From Gammaproteobacteria bacterium (GTDB lineage: Bacteria; Pseudomonadota; Gammaproteobacteria; Chromatiales; Chromatiaceae), in contig JAYQSI010000019.1 in the NCBI GenBank assembly GCA_038146785.1, forward strand, positions 161,370-225,369: DNA of 64,000 nt, written 5' to 3'. Within the stretch, counting starts at the first letter, position 1. Each line of letters begins with the position of its first letter. Both the position numbers and the translations under genes were made by a program. Under the pieces are notes generated by a model. The model was not told the origin of the DNA and did not search any database. It was given only the letters and a program-made list of their open reading frames with translations. Below are positions 1 to 9,639 of this stretch, piece by piece.

Positions 1-1073
1 AAACGCTCGGTGTAGGTGAGGGCGTCACACAAGATCAAGCGACCCTCTGCATCAGTGTTAAGGATCTCGATGGTTTGGCCTGACATTGAGGTCACAATGT
101 CACCAGGTTTATTGGCATCACCATCGGGTAGGTTCTCAGAAGAAGGAATAACGCCAACCACGTTAATAGGGAGTTCAAGCTCGACACAGGCTTGCATAGC
201 GCCAAACACACTCGCAGCACCACACATGTCGTATTTCATTTCATCCATGCCGGCACCTGGCTTGATGGATATGCCGCCAGCATCAAACGTCAGTCCTTTA
301 CCAACAAGCGCAATAGGCTTTTGGCTGGCTTTACCACCTTTGTATTCCATCACAATCAATTTGGCAGGCTGACGAGAGCCGCGAGATACAGAGAGTAATG
401 AGCCCATACCAAGCTTCTTCATCTGTGCTTCATTGAGGATGGTGGTTTTGAGTTTGCGTTTGCCGCGCGCCAGGTCCGATGCAGCATCTGCTAGATAGGT
501 AGGGGTGCAAATGTTGCCTGGTAGATTGCCAAGTGTTTTTGCGAGCGTCATGCCGTTAGCGATCGCTAAACCTTGATCAGCGGCTTTTGTTGCTGCTTTA
601 ACGTTCTTGCGCTCGCTCATCACAAAGCGAAGTTTGGCGAGAGGTTTGGCTAAAGATTTAGTGGATTTACAGTCATCGAAAACATAGTTGGTTTCAGAGG
701 CTGAAATCACTGCTTCTTTGATAAAGCTGACATCTTCTCCGCATGCGATGCTGACCTCAGTCGCTCCCGCAGCTTTTGCAGCCTTGATGGCATTGGCAAT
801 TCCTGCAGCATATTTTTTGGCATTGAGATCAGATGCTTTACCAAGACCAACAACAAGTACGCGTTGGGCGGAAATGTTGATGTCAGTCAGTAATGAGCAG
901 GTATTAGGTTCAGCAATGTTTTTTATCTTTTTAGCTGCTTTGCTCAGCGCGCCTTTCGATTTTTGATCGATATGTTTAAAAGCATCACCTTTGGATGAAG
1001 ATGAAAAAGCGGGGATGATGAGGCATTGAGTTTTTAAGGTATCAAGCGCTAAAAAAGTGGCTGAAACTTGCAT
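1..1073 (-). CDS. pepA: Leucyl aminopeptidase PepA (M17 family), N-terminal ~357 codons; 3' end runs off the window
   Basis: Own minus-strand translation from ATG at 1073-1071: MQVSATFLALDTLKTQCLIIPAF...VGKGLTFDAGGISIKPGAGMDEMKYDMCGAA...NTDAEGRLILCDALTY. Absent from the ORF track because no stop lies inside the window. Divergent to lptF as in many gammaproteobacteria. Confidence 0.9.
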   Translation of the reverse strand, partial: MQVSATFLALDTLKTQCLIIPAFSSSSKGDAFKHIDQKSKGALSKAAKKIKNIAEPNTCSLLTDINISAQRVLVVGLGKASDLNAKKYAAGIANAIKAAKAAGATEVSIACGEDVSFIKEAVISASETNYVFDDCKSTKSLAKPLAKLRFVMSERKNVKAATKAADQGLAIANGMTLAKTLGNLPGNICTPTYLADAASDLARGKRKLKTTILNEAQMKKLGMGSLLSVSRGSRQPAKLIVMEYKGGKASQKPIALVGKGLTFDAGGISIKPGAGMDEMKYDMCGAASVFGAMQACVELELPINVVGVIPSSENLPDGDANKPGDIVTSMSGQTIEILNTDAEGRLILCDALTYTER

Positions 1074-1187
1074 CACAGAGTCCTAAATTTAAGTTGGATA
1101 ATCTGACTTGAGATGGGGTAATTTTGGTAATATCAAACCATCTAAGGCAGTTTTAATTTCTGCTCAGTTTACAGAAAGGATGGCAGA

Positions 1188-2304
1188 TTGATACCCCGTT
1201 TGACCATTTATAAAGCATTGTTACGCGATGTTTTTAAAGCCTTTTTTGTTGGTGATTTGATTTCCTTCTGATCATTTTTTCGATGAAGTTTGTAAAGATT
1301 TTCCAGAAGGTTGCTGAGGGAGCTTTAAAGCACCCTGATGCTGTTTTTCAGATGATTGGGATTGAGATGATTAAGGTATCTGGCATTATCGTTGCCTCCC
1401 AGCCTTCTTTTTTTGCCTTACTTTGGGTCTTGGCAAGTTGTATCGAGATTCTGAGATGACAGCCCTTCAGGCCAGTGGAATTAGTTTGCCGCATTTACCT
1501 CGTTCTTTGATATGGGTTGCATTACCTGCGACGATCTTATCTGGGTTTCTTGTAATGTTTGAAGCGATTCCTTGGGCAAACAAGCAAATTGAGAACTTAA
1601 AGCTTTTGATGAAGCGTTCGGATATCAGCTTTGTTCAGGCAGGTAAGTTTAATGAATTCACGCGAGGAGACTTAATTGTTTATGCAGAGCGCGTTGATCC
1701 AGAGACCGGCTATTTAAAGAATGTTTTTGTTCAAGATCGCCAGAATGGCGAGTTGGGCGTGATTTAGTTCTGATGAAGAGGCGTGGCATTTATTGATGAA
1801 GAACTCTTGGATAACTTTGTTGTCTTAGCATCAGGTAATCGGTATGAAGGGTAAGCCGGGGCAGCGTTGATATCAAGTCTCTGATTTTCTCATTATGACT
1901 GAGAATACATTTTCGTCAAATGAACTTAAAGGTCTGGAGAATGGGCGCTGAAGATACATCTGCGCATTGATTAGCTATGGACTCATTGATGGCTAGGGCT
2001 GAAATTGCCTATCGCTTATCAGTGCCTTTGGGTGTCATCGTTTTTACAGTTTTGCTTTTGTTTTATCAAAATCTGAACCGCGAAAAGATGTGCATGGTCG
2101 ATTAGGCATTTGCTGATTCTTAGTTTATTTTATTTTTTTAATTTGCAGCGAGTTGGTGAGCGTTGGATTGAAACAAGATGTTTTGCCGCATCAGATTGGA
2201 TTGTTTTGGATTTTCTTGATGCTCGTTGTTTGGGAATCGATGATGTATTTTGATTCAGTGAAATGGCGAAAGCTTCGTAAAAATTGCTTAGTGGTATTAA
2301 GTAA
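1188..2304 (+). pseudogene. lptF: LPS export permease LptF, fragmented by many frameshifts (real decay or sequence errors)
   Basis: TTG at 1188 after AAAGGA gives (M)IPRLTIYKALLRDVFKAFFVGDLISF then stop. ORF 1423..1767 (GLGKLYRDSEMTALQASGISL...PWANKQIENL) is typical of the YjgP/YjgQ family. Homology continues in changing frames to the TAA at 2302-2304. pepA-lptF-lptG synteny. Confidence 0.7.
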
Positions 2305-3379
2305 ATGACTATTTTGGAGCGATATATGTTGCCAGAACGGTCACCCGTGCAACTTTGACCACCTTAATTGCTCTTTAGTTGCGCTATTGGTTTTTTTAAT
2401 TTTATTGATGAATTTGAAGATGTTAGGCACTGGGCTACGAGATTAGTGATGCCTTTATTGTTGGGTATTATCTGCACCGCGTTTTTATTTGAACTTTTCC
2501 CAGTTGCAGCTTTGATTGGTGCTTTTTTGGCGTCGGTGGTTTGGCTAAGCCACAGTGAAATAACAGCGATGCGTTCGGTGGGGTTTTCAGTAATCATTTA
2601 TAGCAAAATCACTTGGCAAAGATGGGTGCAGTTCTTTTGATGGTCTTTGTTGCGCTGATGGGTGAGTATTTTGGGCCCATCGCTGAGAACTTTGCTCAGG
2701 ATTATCGCCACGCAAAATTACATGGCACGGTAGTGATGCGGTCTCGTCATGGCTTCTGGGCTAAAGACGGAGCGAACATTGTCAATATTCGAAATGTTTC
2801 TACTGATAAACACTATTCAATAGTCAAAATCTACGACTTTTCAAAAGATAACACCTTGTCACTGGCAAGCAAAGCTAAACAGTGGTGATTTTAAGAATGA
2901 AGAATGGTTTTCAAAGATATTCAACAAACAGAATTTAGCTGAGCTTATAACTAAGGAATCGTCATTTAGAATCAGCAGATTGGAAATGCAAATTTTAATG
3001 TCGATTTGTTATCTGGTGCAGTTGTTCGCCCAAGTATGCTCTCAACCTGAGCTGATTGAATTCATCGATTTTTGATCATAACGATCAGAATGCCAATGAG
3101 TATGAAGTTGCTTATTGGTTGAAGCTAGCGACCCCTTTTGCTGCATTTGTAATGTTATTTTTGGCTATACCCTTCGTGATTGGAAGTCAGCGAGACGGCT
3201 CAAAAGGAAAGCGAGTTTTTATTGGGGCATGATCCTGGGCGCGAGCTTTTTCTTTTTGCTGAGTCGAGCGATGTCATCTGGCCAGTGGCGTTTACAGTGT
3301 CAGCCCAGGTTTGATGGTGATTATTCCGTCACTTATTTTCTTAGGTTCAGCCCTCTGGCTACTTAAACGCGTCCGCTAA
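2305..3379 (+). pseudogene. lptG: LPS export permease LptG, fragmented by many frameshifts (real decay or sequence errors)
   Basis: ATG at 2305 gives MTILERY... directly after the lptF stop. ORFs 2368..2640, 2613..2888 and 3115..3366 carry YjgP/YjgQ-like pieces in different frames. The alternative final frame ends ...ALWLLKRVR* at 3379. Confidence 0.7.
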
Positions 3380-3828
3380 GCTTTCTTGCGCTTTTGCACC
3401 ATGACCAATCGAGTATTCGATAGAAGGTCATGCCAACTACGATTCTCTTTATCGAATAGCACCCAAATAAAACCAAGACCAAGGGCCAGCCATGACAGTA
3501 GGGCAGCAAGGTAACGTTTGATCGTTGCCGATCGTGAGATGGGATCACCATTTAGATCGACAACCTTGATGCGCCATGAGCGCATGCCAAGTGTCTGTCC
3601 GCCATGCATCCAAAACCACGCGAAGAAGATCCAAGGACTGAGCAAAAGGTAGGCCTGAAGAATAAGATAATTGCCATCACCGACATGATCCATCAGCGCA
3701 TTCCTGATAACGGCATCTAGCGTGGTTCCGATCAGCCAAATGGCAGCAATAAGCCAGAAATCGTAAAAAATAGCGGCCAAAATACGCAAAAGACCCGGTC
3801 TAGCAGCGTTTTCCAATTTTTCCGACAT
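3376..3828 (-). CDS. RDD-family membrane protein
   Basis: 150-aa ORF with three hydrophobic segments and an RDD-like pattern (...GQTLGMRSWRIKVVDLNGDPIS...NRSWHDLLSNTRLV). Confidence 0.7.
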   Translation of the reverse strand: MSEKLENAARPGLLRILAAIFYDFWLIAAIWLIGTTLDAVIRNALMDHVGDGNYLILQAYLLLSPWIFFAWFWMHGGQTLGMRSWRIKVVDLNGDPISRSATIKRYLAALLSWLALGLGFIWVLFDKENRSWHDLLSNTRLVMVQKRKKA

Positions 3829-3920
3829 TTAGGGTAATTCCCCGGTTAACTTGGTAGGGCTCAGGATAGCCGAACTGCCGATTGAGTTCATATGATTGCG
3901 ACTCTTAAAGGAGAGGGCTC

Positions 3921-4247
3921 ATGGCGCAATTGTCAGAACATTCGGATATCACACCGCATGAGGTGGTGGTTTCTTGTGCCCGTTTTGGCTTGTTCCGCGC
4001 ATCCATGGTCCGCGTTGATGATCAGCATCTCTTTTTGAAGTCCGATCTCACGCGTTTGTGCCTTTCTGAAAAGGCAGAGATCGTCATGACGCACCACGAA
4101 GAAGGTCAGGAATGGACTGAGAAGCTTTTCGTGAAAGTGCTAGAGACAGGCCCATCAGGCTCTCTGGTCGAGATTCAAGAAATTGCATCACATCAAGGAA
4201 GAACTGTTGAAAGCCATGCCGTGTTATTCAATCAAACTCAGCACTAA
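3921..4247 (+). CDS. Hypothetical small protein (108 aa)
   Basis: Intact ORF with AGGAGAGG upstream and no domain I can name; sits immediately upstream of the sensor kinase. Confidence 0.45.
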   Translation: MAQLSEHSDITPHEVVVSCARFGLFRASMVRVDDQHLFLKSDLTRLCLSEKAEIVMTHHEEGQEWTEKLFVKVLETGPSGSLVEIQEIASHQGRTVESHAVLFNQTQH

Positions 4248-4287
4248 GCATATCGTTCCTTTATTAAGCTTCTGACATAATTCCTCT

Positions 4288-6849
4288 ATGGTGCAGTCTC
4301 GTTCGTGGTTGCGACGGTTTCTTCGCAGCCTGCCTTTGCCAGTGTTTGTTTTGATGTTTGGTCTGTTGGCCGGCATCAGTGTGCTTTGGCTTGTCGATAG
4401 ACAGCAGTCAGGTGCGCTCCAAGATATTTTTGACGAAACCCTCCAGACGCGTTTGGAATCAGCATCCCGCCAAGCGCTGATCAATTTCGACGAACATAAA
4501 CAGTCTTATGTGTATTTGATGCGCCTTTTGGCGAATCACCGTCGTATGGCGACCTACATGGACCTGACATTCTGGGGTCCTTTTACAACCGCCTTTGAAG
4601 ATCGCAAAGAATTGCCTCCTTGGATGCCGCTTCAGCAGTTTTGGCGTCAGCTCGCTCAGCCCACCTATCTGATCCTGATGGACTTAGATGGCAACATGCG
4701 TGAAGGCTTTAGTCCCAAAGGTCTTCCTATTCCGACAGGCTTACTGGAAGACCAGGCCTTTGTAATGGCAAGTCGAGGTGAAAAGTCTTTTGTGACCACC
4801 TTGGGCGGCGCACCTTATTTTGTGGTGACTGAGCCGATTTGGGATACCGGCCCTGAAATGATGGGGCATCTGGTGATGTTGCTACGAGTGGATAGTGACT
4901 TTTTGGCAGCCTCCCAACAGGGTGGTACCGATAACCAAGCAATTGTTGCGATAACCGAGCCGGAGGGTAAAAAGCTTCTCGCTACCAGTGATACAGCACG
5001 TGTCGATGCGGGCGAGGATGTTGAGCTGTTATCGCTTGAGTACCTGATCACAACTCAGTCATTTACCCAGTATGACGATGCGGACTTGAACTTGTTATTT
5101 ATGACGCTGATGCCGCGCTCAAGCTTTTTAGCAACCTCAGAGAAGGTTATCGATCTTGAGCGCAAGCAAAGAGCCGTGGGTGCTGGTGCGATTATCGTGA
5201 CTTTTATGGTGGTGGTATTACTGATTTCAGGTCGTATCAATCGCGTTCTCCGTCGCTTGCAGGAATTCGCATCACGCGCCTTGGGTGATGCGCCCGAAAA
5301 GACGCAATCAAAAACCGGTAACCAGCTTTTGATCTTGGAAGAGCGGGTGAGAGATGTTATCGACTTGGTTTTAACCGCACGTGAGCGCACGCGAACTCAA
5401 CACGAGAGCCAAGTAGAGCAGCTTGAATCGTTACGAGCGGCAGCGATGTCTGCTTCAGCAGATGGCATGATCACCATCGACTATGCCGGTAATGTGATCG
5501 ATATGAATGCCACTGCCGAACGACAGCTTGATAGACGATTGTCACAAGTCCTGGGCTTGGAGCTTTCACGCCTCGCTTTTAATACCTCATCAGCAAAGCG
5601 ATTCGATGAGATGCTAGAAAGCTATCAAGCACCGCTTGAAAAGTTGCCCATTCAATCTGATGAGTTACAAGGCTATCCAAAAGATGGTCATTCGAATGAT
5701 TTTGAGGTCTCTTTAACGCCGGTACATCTTGAGGATGATTTGCTGTTCACCGTGACTTTGCGTGATGTGGGTGAGCGTAAAGCGAGAGAGCGTGAGATTG
5801 CTGCCTTGGCAGCATTCTCAGCTGAGAGTCCTTCGCCAATTCTTCGTATTAATCAGCGTGGCGTTATCGTTTATGCGAATACCCCGAGTGAGCCATTACT
5901 TAAGTATTGGAACTGTCGACCTGCACAGACCTTGCCGCTTTACTGGCGCACAATCGTTATGCGGGTGTTGGAAGAAAACACAGATTATGAAACCGAGATC
6001 GAGACATCTAACCATCGTTTTTCATTGTTGGTGACTCCAGTAAAAGAGCTGGAGTATGTGAATATCTATGCACGCGATATCACCGCGCAGCGACTAGCGG
6101 AAGATGAGCTGCAGCGTCGCCAAGATGAATTGGTACACGTGGCGCGTTTGAGCACGATGGGTGAGATGTCGACCGGTATTGCGCATGAGCTCAATCAGCC
6201 TTTGTCCGCCATCAGTAACTTCGCAAATGGTTGTGTGCGACGCTTGAACAGCGATGTAGGCACCAAAGAAGATTTAGTTAAGGCACTTGAGCAGATTGCA
6301 GCACAGTCCAAACGTGCCGCAGAAATCATTAAACGCTTGCGTGCATTAGTGACTAAGCAGCAAACGATTCGGCAGCATATCAATCTGAATGAAGTCGTTA
6401 ACGAAGTCTGCGAGCTTGTGGCGCACGATATCCGTAAAGAGAAAATCTCTTTGGAGAAAAAGCTTTTTGATCAGCCGTTATGGGTCGATGTTGATACGGT
6501 GCAGATCGAGCAGGTGTTGATTAATCTGATAAGAAATGCGATTGATGCGATGCAAATGCGAGCACAAGGTGAGCGTCGATTACTCATAGAAACGAACCTC
6601 ACAGATGATGATCGTGCGCAGATTCGAATTAAAGATGATGGCGCAGGCATCCCTGAAGAGCAGCTGATTAAGCTGTTTGATGCCTTCTACACCACCAAAG
6701 AGCACGGCATGGGCATGGGGCTTGCGATTACTAAGACCATCGTGGAAGAGCACTCTGGTAAGATTTATGCCAATTCTAAAGTGGGCAAGGGCAGTACGTT
6801 TTACGTAGAGCTGCCGTTAAGTTCAGATAACAAAGTGGACGAGGAATAA
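4288..6849 (+). CDS. Membrane sensor histidine kinase (2 TM + ~270-aa extracytoplasmic domain, PAS regions, HisKA, HATPase)
   Basis: 853 aa. TM1 LPLPVFVLMFGLLAGISVLWLV, TM2 AVGAGAIIVTFMVVVLLISG. H-box MSTGIAHELNQPLSAI (FixL/DctB-like). N/G boxes LINLIRNAIDAM, DDGAGIP, GMGMGLAI. Confidence 0.9.
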   Translation: MVQSRSWLRRFLRSLPLPVFVLMFGLLAGISVLWLVDRQQSGALQDIFDETLQTRLESASRQALINFDEHKQSYVYLMRLLANHRRMATYMDLTFWGPFTTAFEDRKELPPWMPLQQFWRQLAQPTYLILMDLDGNMREGFSPKGLPIPTGLLEDQAFVMASRGEKSFVTTLGGAPYFVVTEPIWDTGPEMMGHLVMLLRVDSDFLAASQQGGTDNQAIVAITEPEGKKLLATSDTARVDAGEDVELLSLEYLITTQSFTQYDDADLNLLFMTLMPRSSFLATSEKVIDLERKQRAVGAGAIIVTFMVVVLLISGRINRVLRRLQEFASRALGDAPEKTQSKTGNQLLILEERVRDVIDLVLTARERTRTQHESQVEQLESLRAAAMSASADGMITIDYAGNVIDMNATAERQLDRRLSQVLGLELSRLAFNTSSAKRFDEMLESYQAPLEKLPIQSDELQGYPKDGHSNDFEVSLTPVHLEDDLLFTVTLRDVGERKAREREIAALAAFSAESPSPILRINQRGVIVYANTPSEPLLKYWNCRPAQTLPLYWRTIVMRVLEENTDYETEIETSNHRFSLLVTPVKELEYVNIYARDITAQRLAEDELQRRQDELVHVARLSTMGEMSTGIAHELNQPLSAISNFANGCVRRLNSDVGTKEDLVKALEQIAAQSKRAAEIIKRLRALVTKQQTIRQHINLNEVVNEVCELVAHDIRKEKISLEKKLFDQPLWVDVDTVQIEQVLINLIRNAIDAMQMRAQGERRLLIETNLTDDDRAQIRIKDDGAGIPEEQLIKLFDAFYTTKEHGMGMGLAITKTIVEEHSGKIYANSKVGKGSTFYVELPLSSDNKVDEE

Positions 6850-6851
6850 AC

Positions 6852-7475
6852 ATGGAAGCACAAGCGAATGCCGCAACCAGTATTTGGGTGGTGGATGATG
6901 ATGAGGCAATGCGTAGCTCATTGCAGTGGTTGATGGAATCGGTCGGCATGAATGTTCAGGCCTATTCTTCAGCGGATGAATTTCTAGCTTCTCATTATCC
7001 CGGTCGTCATGGCGTTCTCCTGTTGGATGTACGCATGCCTGGCATGAGTGGCCTTGAGCTACTGGAGCAACTAACGAAAGAGCAAATGGTGCCGCCGACG
7101 ATCATTATTACCGGTCATGGTGATGTGCCTATGGCGGTGCGTGCGATGAAGCAGGGTGCTATCGACTTTATTGAAAAGCCTTTCAATGACGAGGTGCTGC
7201 TTGATGCGATTCGTCGTGCGGTCAATTCAGCAGAGCAGCAGCGCTCAAGTAAAGCACTGGTTGCTGATTTGGCAGCGCGCTTCGCTAATCTGACACCTCG
7301 TGAGCACGAAGTGATGGATATGGTCACAGCGGGTCAGTCGAATAAAGAGATTGCGAACGCCTTAGGTGTTTCAGCTAAAACTGTTGAGGCTCACCGTGCG
7401 CGTGTGATGGAAAAGATGCAGGCAAGCTCACTCGCTGAGCTTGTGCGTATGTCGATCTCGGTCGAAAAGCTCTAA
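6852..7475 (+). CDS. FixJ/LuxR-family response regulator (REC + LuxR-type HTH)
   Basis: 207 aa. WVVDDDEAMRSSL...LLLDVRMPGMSGLEL...KP then LTPREHEVMDMVTAGQSNKEIANALGVSAKTVEAHR. Starts 2 nt after the kinase stop. Confidence 0.9.
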   Translation: MEAQANAATSIWVVDDDEAMRSSLQWLMESVGMNVQAYSSADEFLASHYPGRHGVLLLDVRMPGMSGLELLEQLTKEQMVPPTIIITGHGDVPMAVRAMKQGAIDFIEKPFNDEVLLDAIRRAVNSAEQQRSSKALVADLAARFANLTPREHEVMDMVTAGQSNKEIANALGVSAKTVEAHRARVMEKMQASSLAELVRMSISVEKL

Positions 7476-7492
7476 CGCAATGCATCAAAAGA

Positions 7493-7519
7493 AAAGGCGC
7501 CGTTAGGCGCCTTTTTTGT
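7493..7519. terminator. Bidirectional rho-independent terminator between convergent genes
   Basis: AAGGCGCC-GTTA-GGCGCCTT hairpin flanked by an A-run and a T-run. Confidence 0.6.
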
Positions 7520-8932
7520 TTAGAGAGGTCTTAGCTCTGTAATCGGCGTGTCGTTTTTCTTATCGACCTTTGAGTACAAGTCATACAAGGCTGCTTGCAA
7601 TGCCTCTTCCATCACCGGATGGTAGAAAGGCATCTGTAATAGATCACCGACAGTCAGCTCCTGCTGAATAGACCAGGCCAGAATATGTGCGAGGTGTTCA
7701 CCACGTACAGTAATCATTTCAGCGCCGAGCATCTTGCCACTGGCTTTGTCCGCATAAACGCGAATAAGACCGCGATTGTTTGCCATGATCAGTGCGCGTC
7801 CAACGGGAGCGATCATCATGCTGCCAACGGCAGTGGTTTCAGGATCTAGCTCTGCAAAAGAAGCGCCCACCTGAATGATGTTGGGATCGCTGAAGACAAT
7901 GTTGAGCGGTGTTTTGCGTTTAAAGGCGGTGTTACTACCGGTGGCAGCGTTATAACCGGCAATCTTGCCTTCATCGCCAGCCTCGTGAAGAAGAGGGCGG
8001 TCGCCATCAATATCACCGGCAAGATAAATTGGGCTATCACCCACTTGCATGGTGTTTGGATTGTAAACAGGGATGCCGCGATCGTTGAGTTCAACGCCAG
8101 CTGCCGCTAGATCAAGCGATTCAACATTAGGTGTTCTGCCTAAACTTGCAAAGACCTTATCAACAACGACGCTGTTGTCGCCTGCAGTGACCTTAATGCG
8201 CCCATCTTCCGCACGGCTCAATTCAGCTGCAGCGCCAAGCCAGATAGGGAAGCCTTTACCGATAATGGTCACAGCTTGTTCGTTGACCTCTGGGTCGGTT
8301 AATCCGCCAATGTTATCTGCCATGTCGATACCGGTGATATCAACACCCATGCGACTCATGGATTGGCCGATCTCAAGACCAATCACACCAAGACCGATGA
8401 CAACGGCTGAGCCCGGTAATGTTTCGAGCTCAAAGAATTCATCGGTGGTGATGATGTCATCACGGAACTCATTCCAAGCATCAGGAATGATTGGGCGAGA
8501 GCCAGTAGCAATCACGATGCGTTCTGCACGGATGCGTTGGCCGCTGGTGGTTTCTAGTAGATTTGGCTCGATAAATTTAGCGTACTCATCAATGAGCAGC
8601 CCTTCAGGGAAGTTGTCTGAGCTGTTTGAAAGTACGCGATCAACGAAGTTGTCACGTAAATCACGGACATACTCCATCGCTTCTTCGGTATCGAGCGACA
8701 GTGATTCGCCACCTTCAAGGCCAAAGCGTGAATAGACTTCGCGGCGGTGAAAATCTTCAGCGACCTGAATGGCTGCTTTAGAGGGCATACAGCCAACACG
8801 TGCGCAGGTCGTGCCGAGCTCGCCACCATCGATCACCACAACATTTTTACCTGCAGGACGTACCTTGCTCAGGGTGTTTAGACCGGCACTACCACAACCT
8901 AAGATAGCAACTTCTACCTGACGCTCTTCCAC
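7520..8932 (-). CDS. Class-I pyridine nucleotide-disulfide oxidoreductase, dihydrolipoyl-dehydrogenase-like
   Basis: 470 aa. FAD fold VAILGCGSAGL, redox-active GTTCARVGCMPSK, second Rossmann VIGLGVIGLEIG, C-terminal dimerisation region. Confidence 0.8.
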   Translation of the reverse strand: MEERQVEVAILGCGSAGLNTLSKVRPAGKNVVVIDGGELGTTCARVGCMPSKAAIQVAEDFHRREVYSRFGLEGGESLSLDTEEAMEYVRDLRDNFVDRVLSNSSDNFPEGLLIDEYAKFIEPNLLETTSGQRIRAERIVIATGSRPIIPDAWNEFRDDIITTDEFFELETLPGSAVVIGLGVIGLEIGQSMSRMGVDITGIDMADNIGGLTDPEVNEQAVTIIGKGFPIWLGAAAELSRAEDGRIKVTAGDNSVVVDKVFASLGRTPNVESLDLAAAGVELNDRGIPVYNPNTMQVGDSPIYLAGDIDGDRPLLHEAGDEGKIAGYNAATGSNTAFKRKTPLNIVFSDPNIIQVGASFAELDPETTAVGSMMIAPVGRALIMANNRGLIRVYADKASGKMLGAEMITVRGEHLAHILAWSIQQELTVGDLLQMPFYHPVMEEALQAALYDLYSKVDKKNDTPITELRPL

Positions 8933-9087
8933 AGCGATTTCCTCTTAATGTTCTAAATTGGGATGCATGTTACCGCAGCAGCAGAATTGAGGGGCTTATC
9001 ACTGTTCGGGAAAGGGTTAATCAGACTTCAAAAGATGGGCGGGCAGCCGAGAAAGTGAGCCAAGTTAATCACTCTGTTGTTTGCATC

Positions 9088-9333
9088 ATGAAAACGCTCG
9101 TTAAAACCTTCTTTTTGATCAATATCTTAGCGTCTAGTCAGCTGTATGCTGATGCGATTGAGTTGTCAGATGAGTTAACAGTTAGTGAGTTATATCAATC
9201 GATGGATCATCGATTCTCACGTGATGTGCGTTTGAGTCAAAATCAAGATTGGCGCATTGAATCACTTTGGCGCGGCACAGCTTACGTAATTTTCGACAAG
9301 GAAGCGCGGTTGGCAGATCGCCAAGAACCGTAA
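9088..9333 (+). CDS. Possible small secreted protein (signal-peptide-like N-terminus)
   Basis: MKTLVKTFFLINILASSQLYADA... Its last ~70 nt overlap the convergent cupin gene, so it may not be real. Confidence 0.3.
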   Translation: MKTLVKTFFLINILASSQLYADAIELSDELTVSELYQSMDHRFSRDVRLSQNQDWRIESLWRGTAYVIFDKEARLADRQEP

Positions 9334-9639
9334 GTCGTTACTGCCAGTGTTCTTAATGCGTTGAGCGACGCCCGCAGGAATAACCACTACATCCCCAACG
9401 CTCACCTCGAAAGTCTCTTTGCCGATCTCGGCAAGACCCGCACCTTCCAAAATCACATAACGCTCTTCGGTGTCTTTTAAGTAGTGCCATGCAGTCACGC
9501 CTTCAGCAGGTACGCGTGCTTGGGCAATCGATAGCTGTGGATGATCAGGGTCATTCAGTTGCTCTTTAATGAAGCAGCCTTCTTCGAACCAATATTCATC
9601 GGATGCAGCAGCAGAGTGGTGCAGCTTAGAGGTCGGCAT
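9262..9639 (-). CDS. Cupin-domain protein
   Basis: MPTSKLHH...GVTAWHYLKDTEERYVILEGAGLAEIGKETFEVSVGDVVVIPAGVAQRIKNTG is a cupin beta-barrel pattern. The internal Met start overlaps the glcE stop by 14 nt. Confidence 0.7.
   Translation of the reverse strand: MPTSKLHHSAAASDEYWFEEGCFIKEQLNDPDHPQLSIAQARVPAEGVTAWHYLKDTEERYVILEGAGLAEIGKETFEVSVGDVVVIPAGVAQRIKNTGSNDLRFLAICQPRFLVENYVSCAAPK

Noticed and set aside
16-966. Plus-strand ORFs 16..372, 192..398 and 688..966
   Set aside because: They lie antisense to a continuous, clearly homologous pepA reading frame. Their Ser/Pro/Ala-rich composition is typical of shadow ORFs.
3921-4247. PilZ-domain assignment for the 108-aa protein
   Set aside because: I could not find the RxxxR and (D/N)xSxxG motifs convincingly; it is left as hypothetical.
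8073-8735. 220-aa plus-strand ORF. Similar long antisense ORFs occur at 13474..14013, 19948..20388, 25640..26041, 30529..30852, 36268..36594 and 41296..41616
   Set aside because: All are embedded antisense in strongly supported genes (lpd-like, pgm, glcB, aceK, iscA, ndk, yfgM/bamB), have low-complexity composition, and lack plausible RBS or domains.
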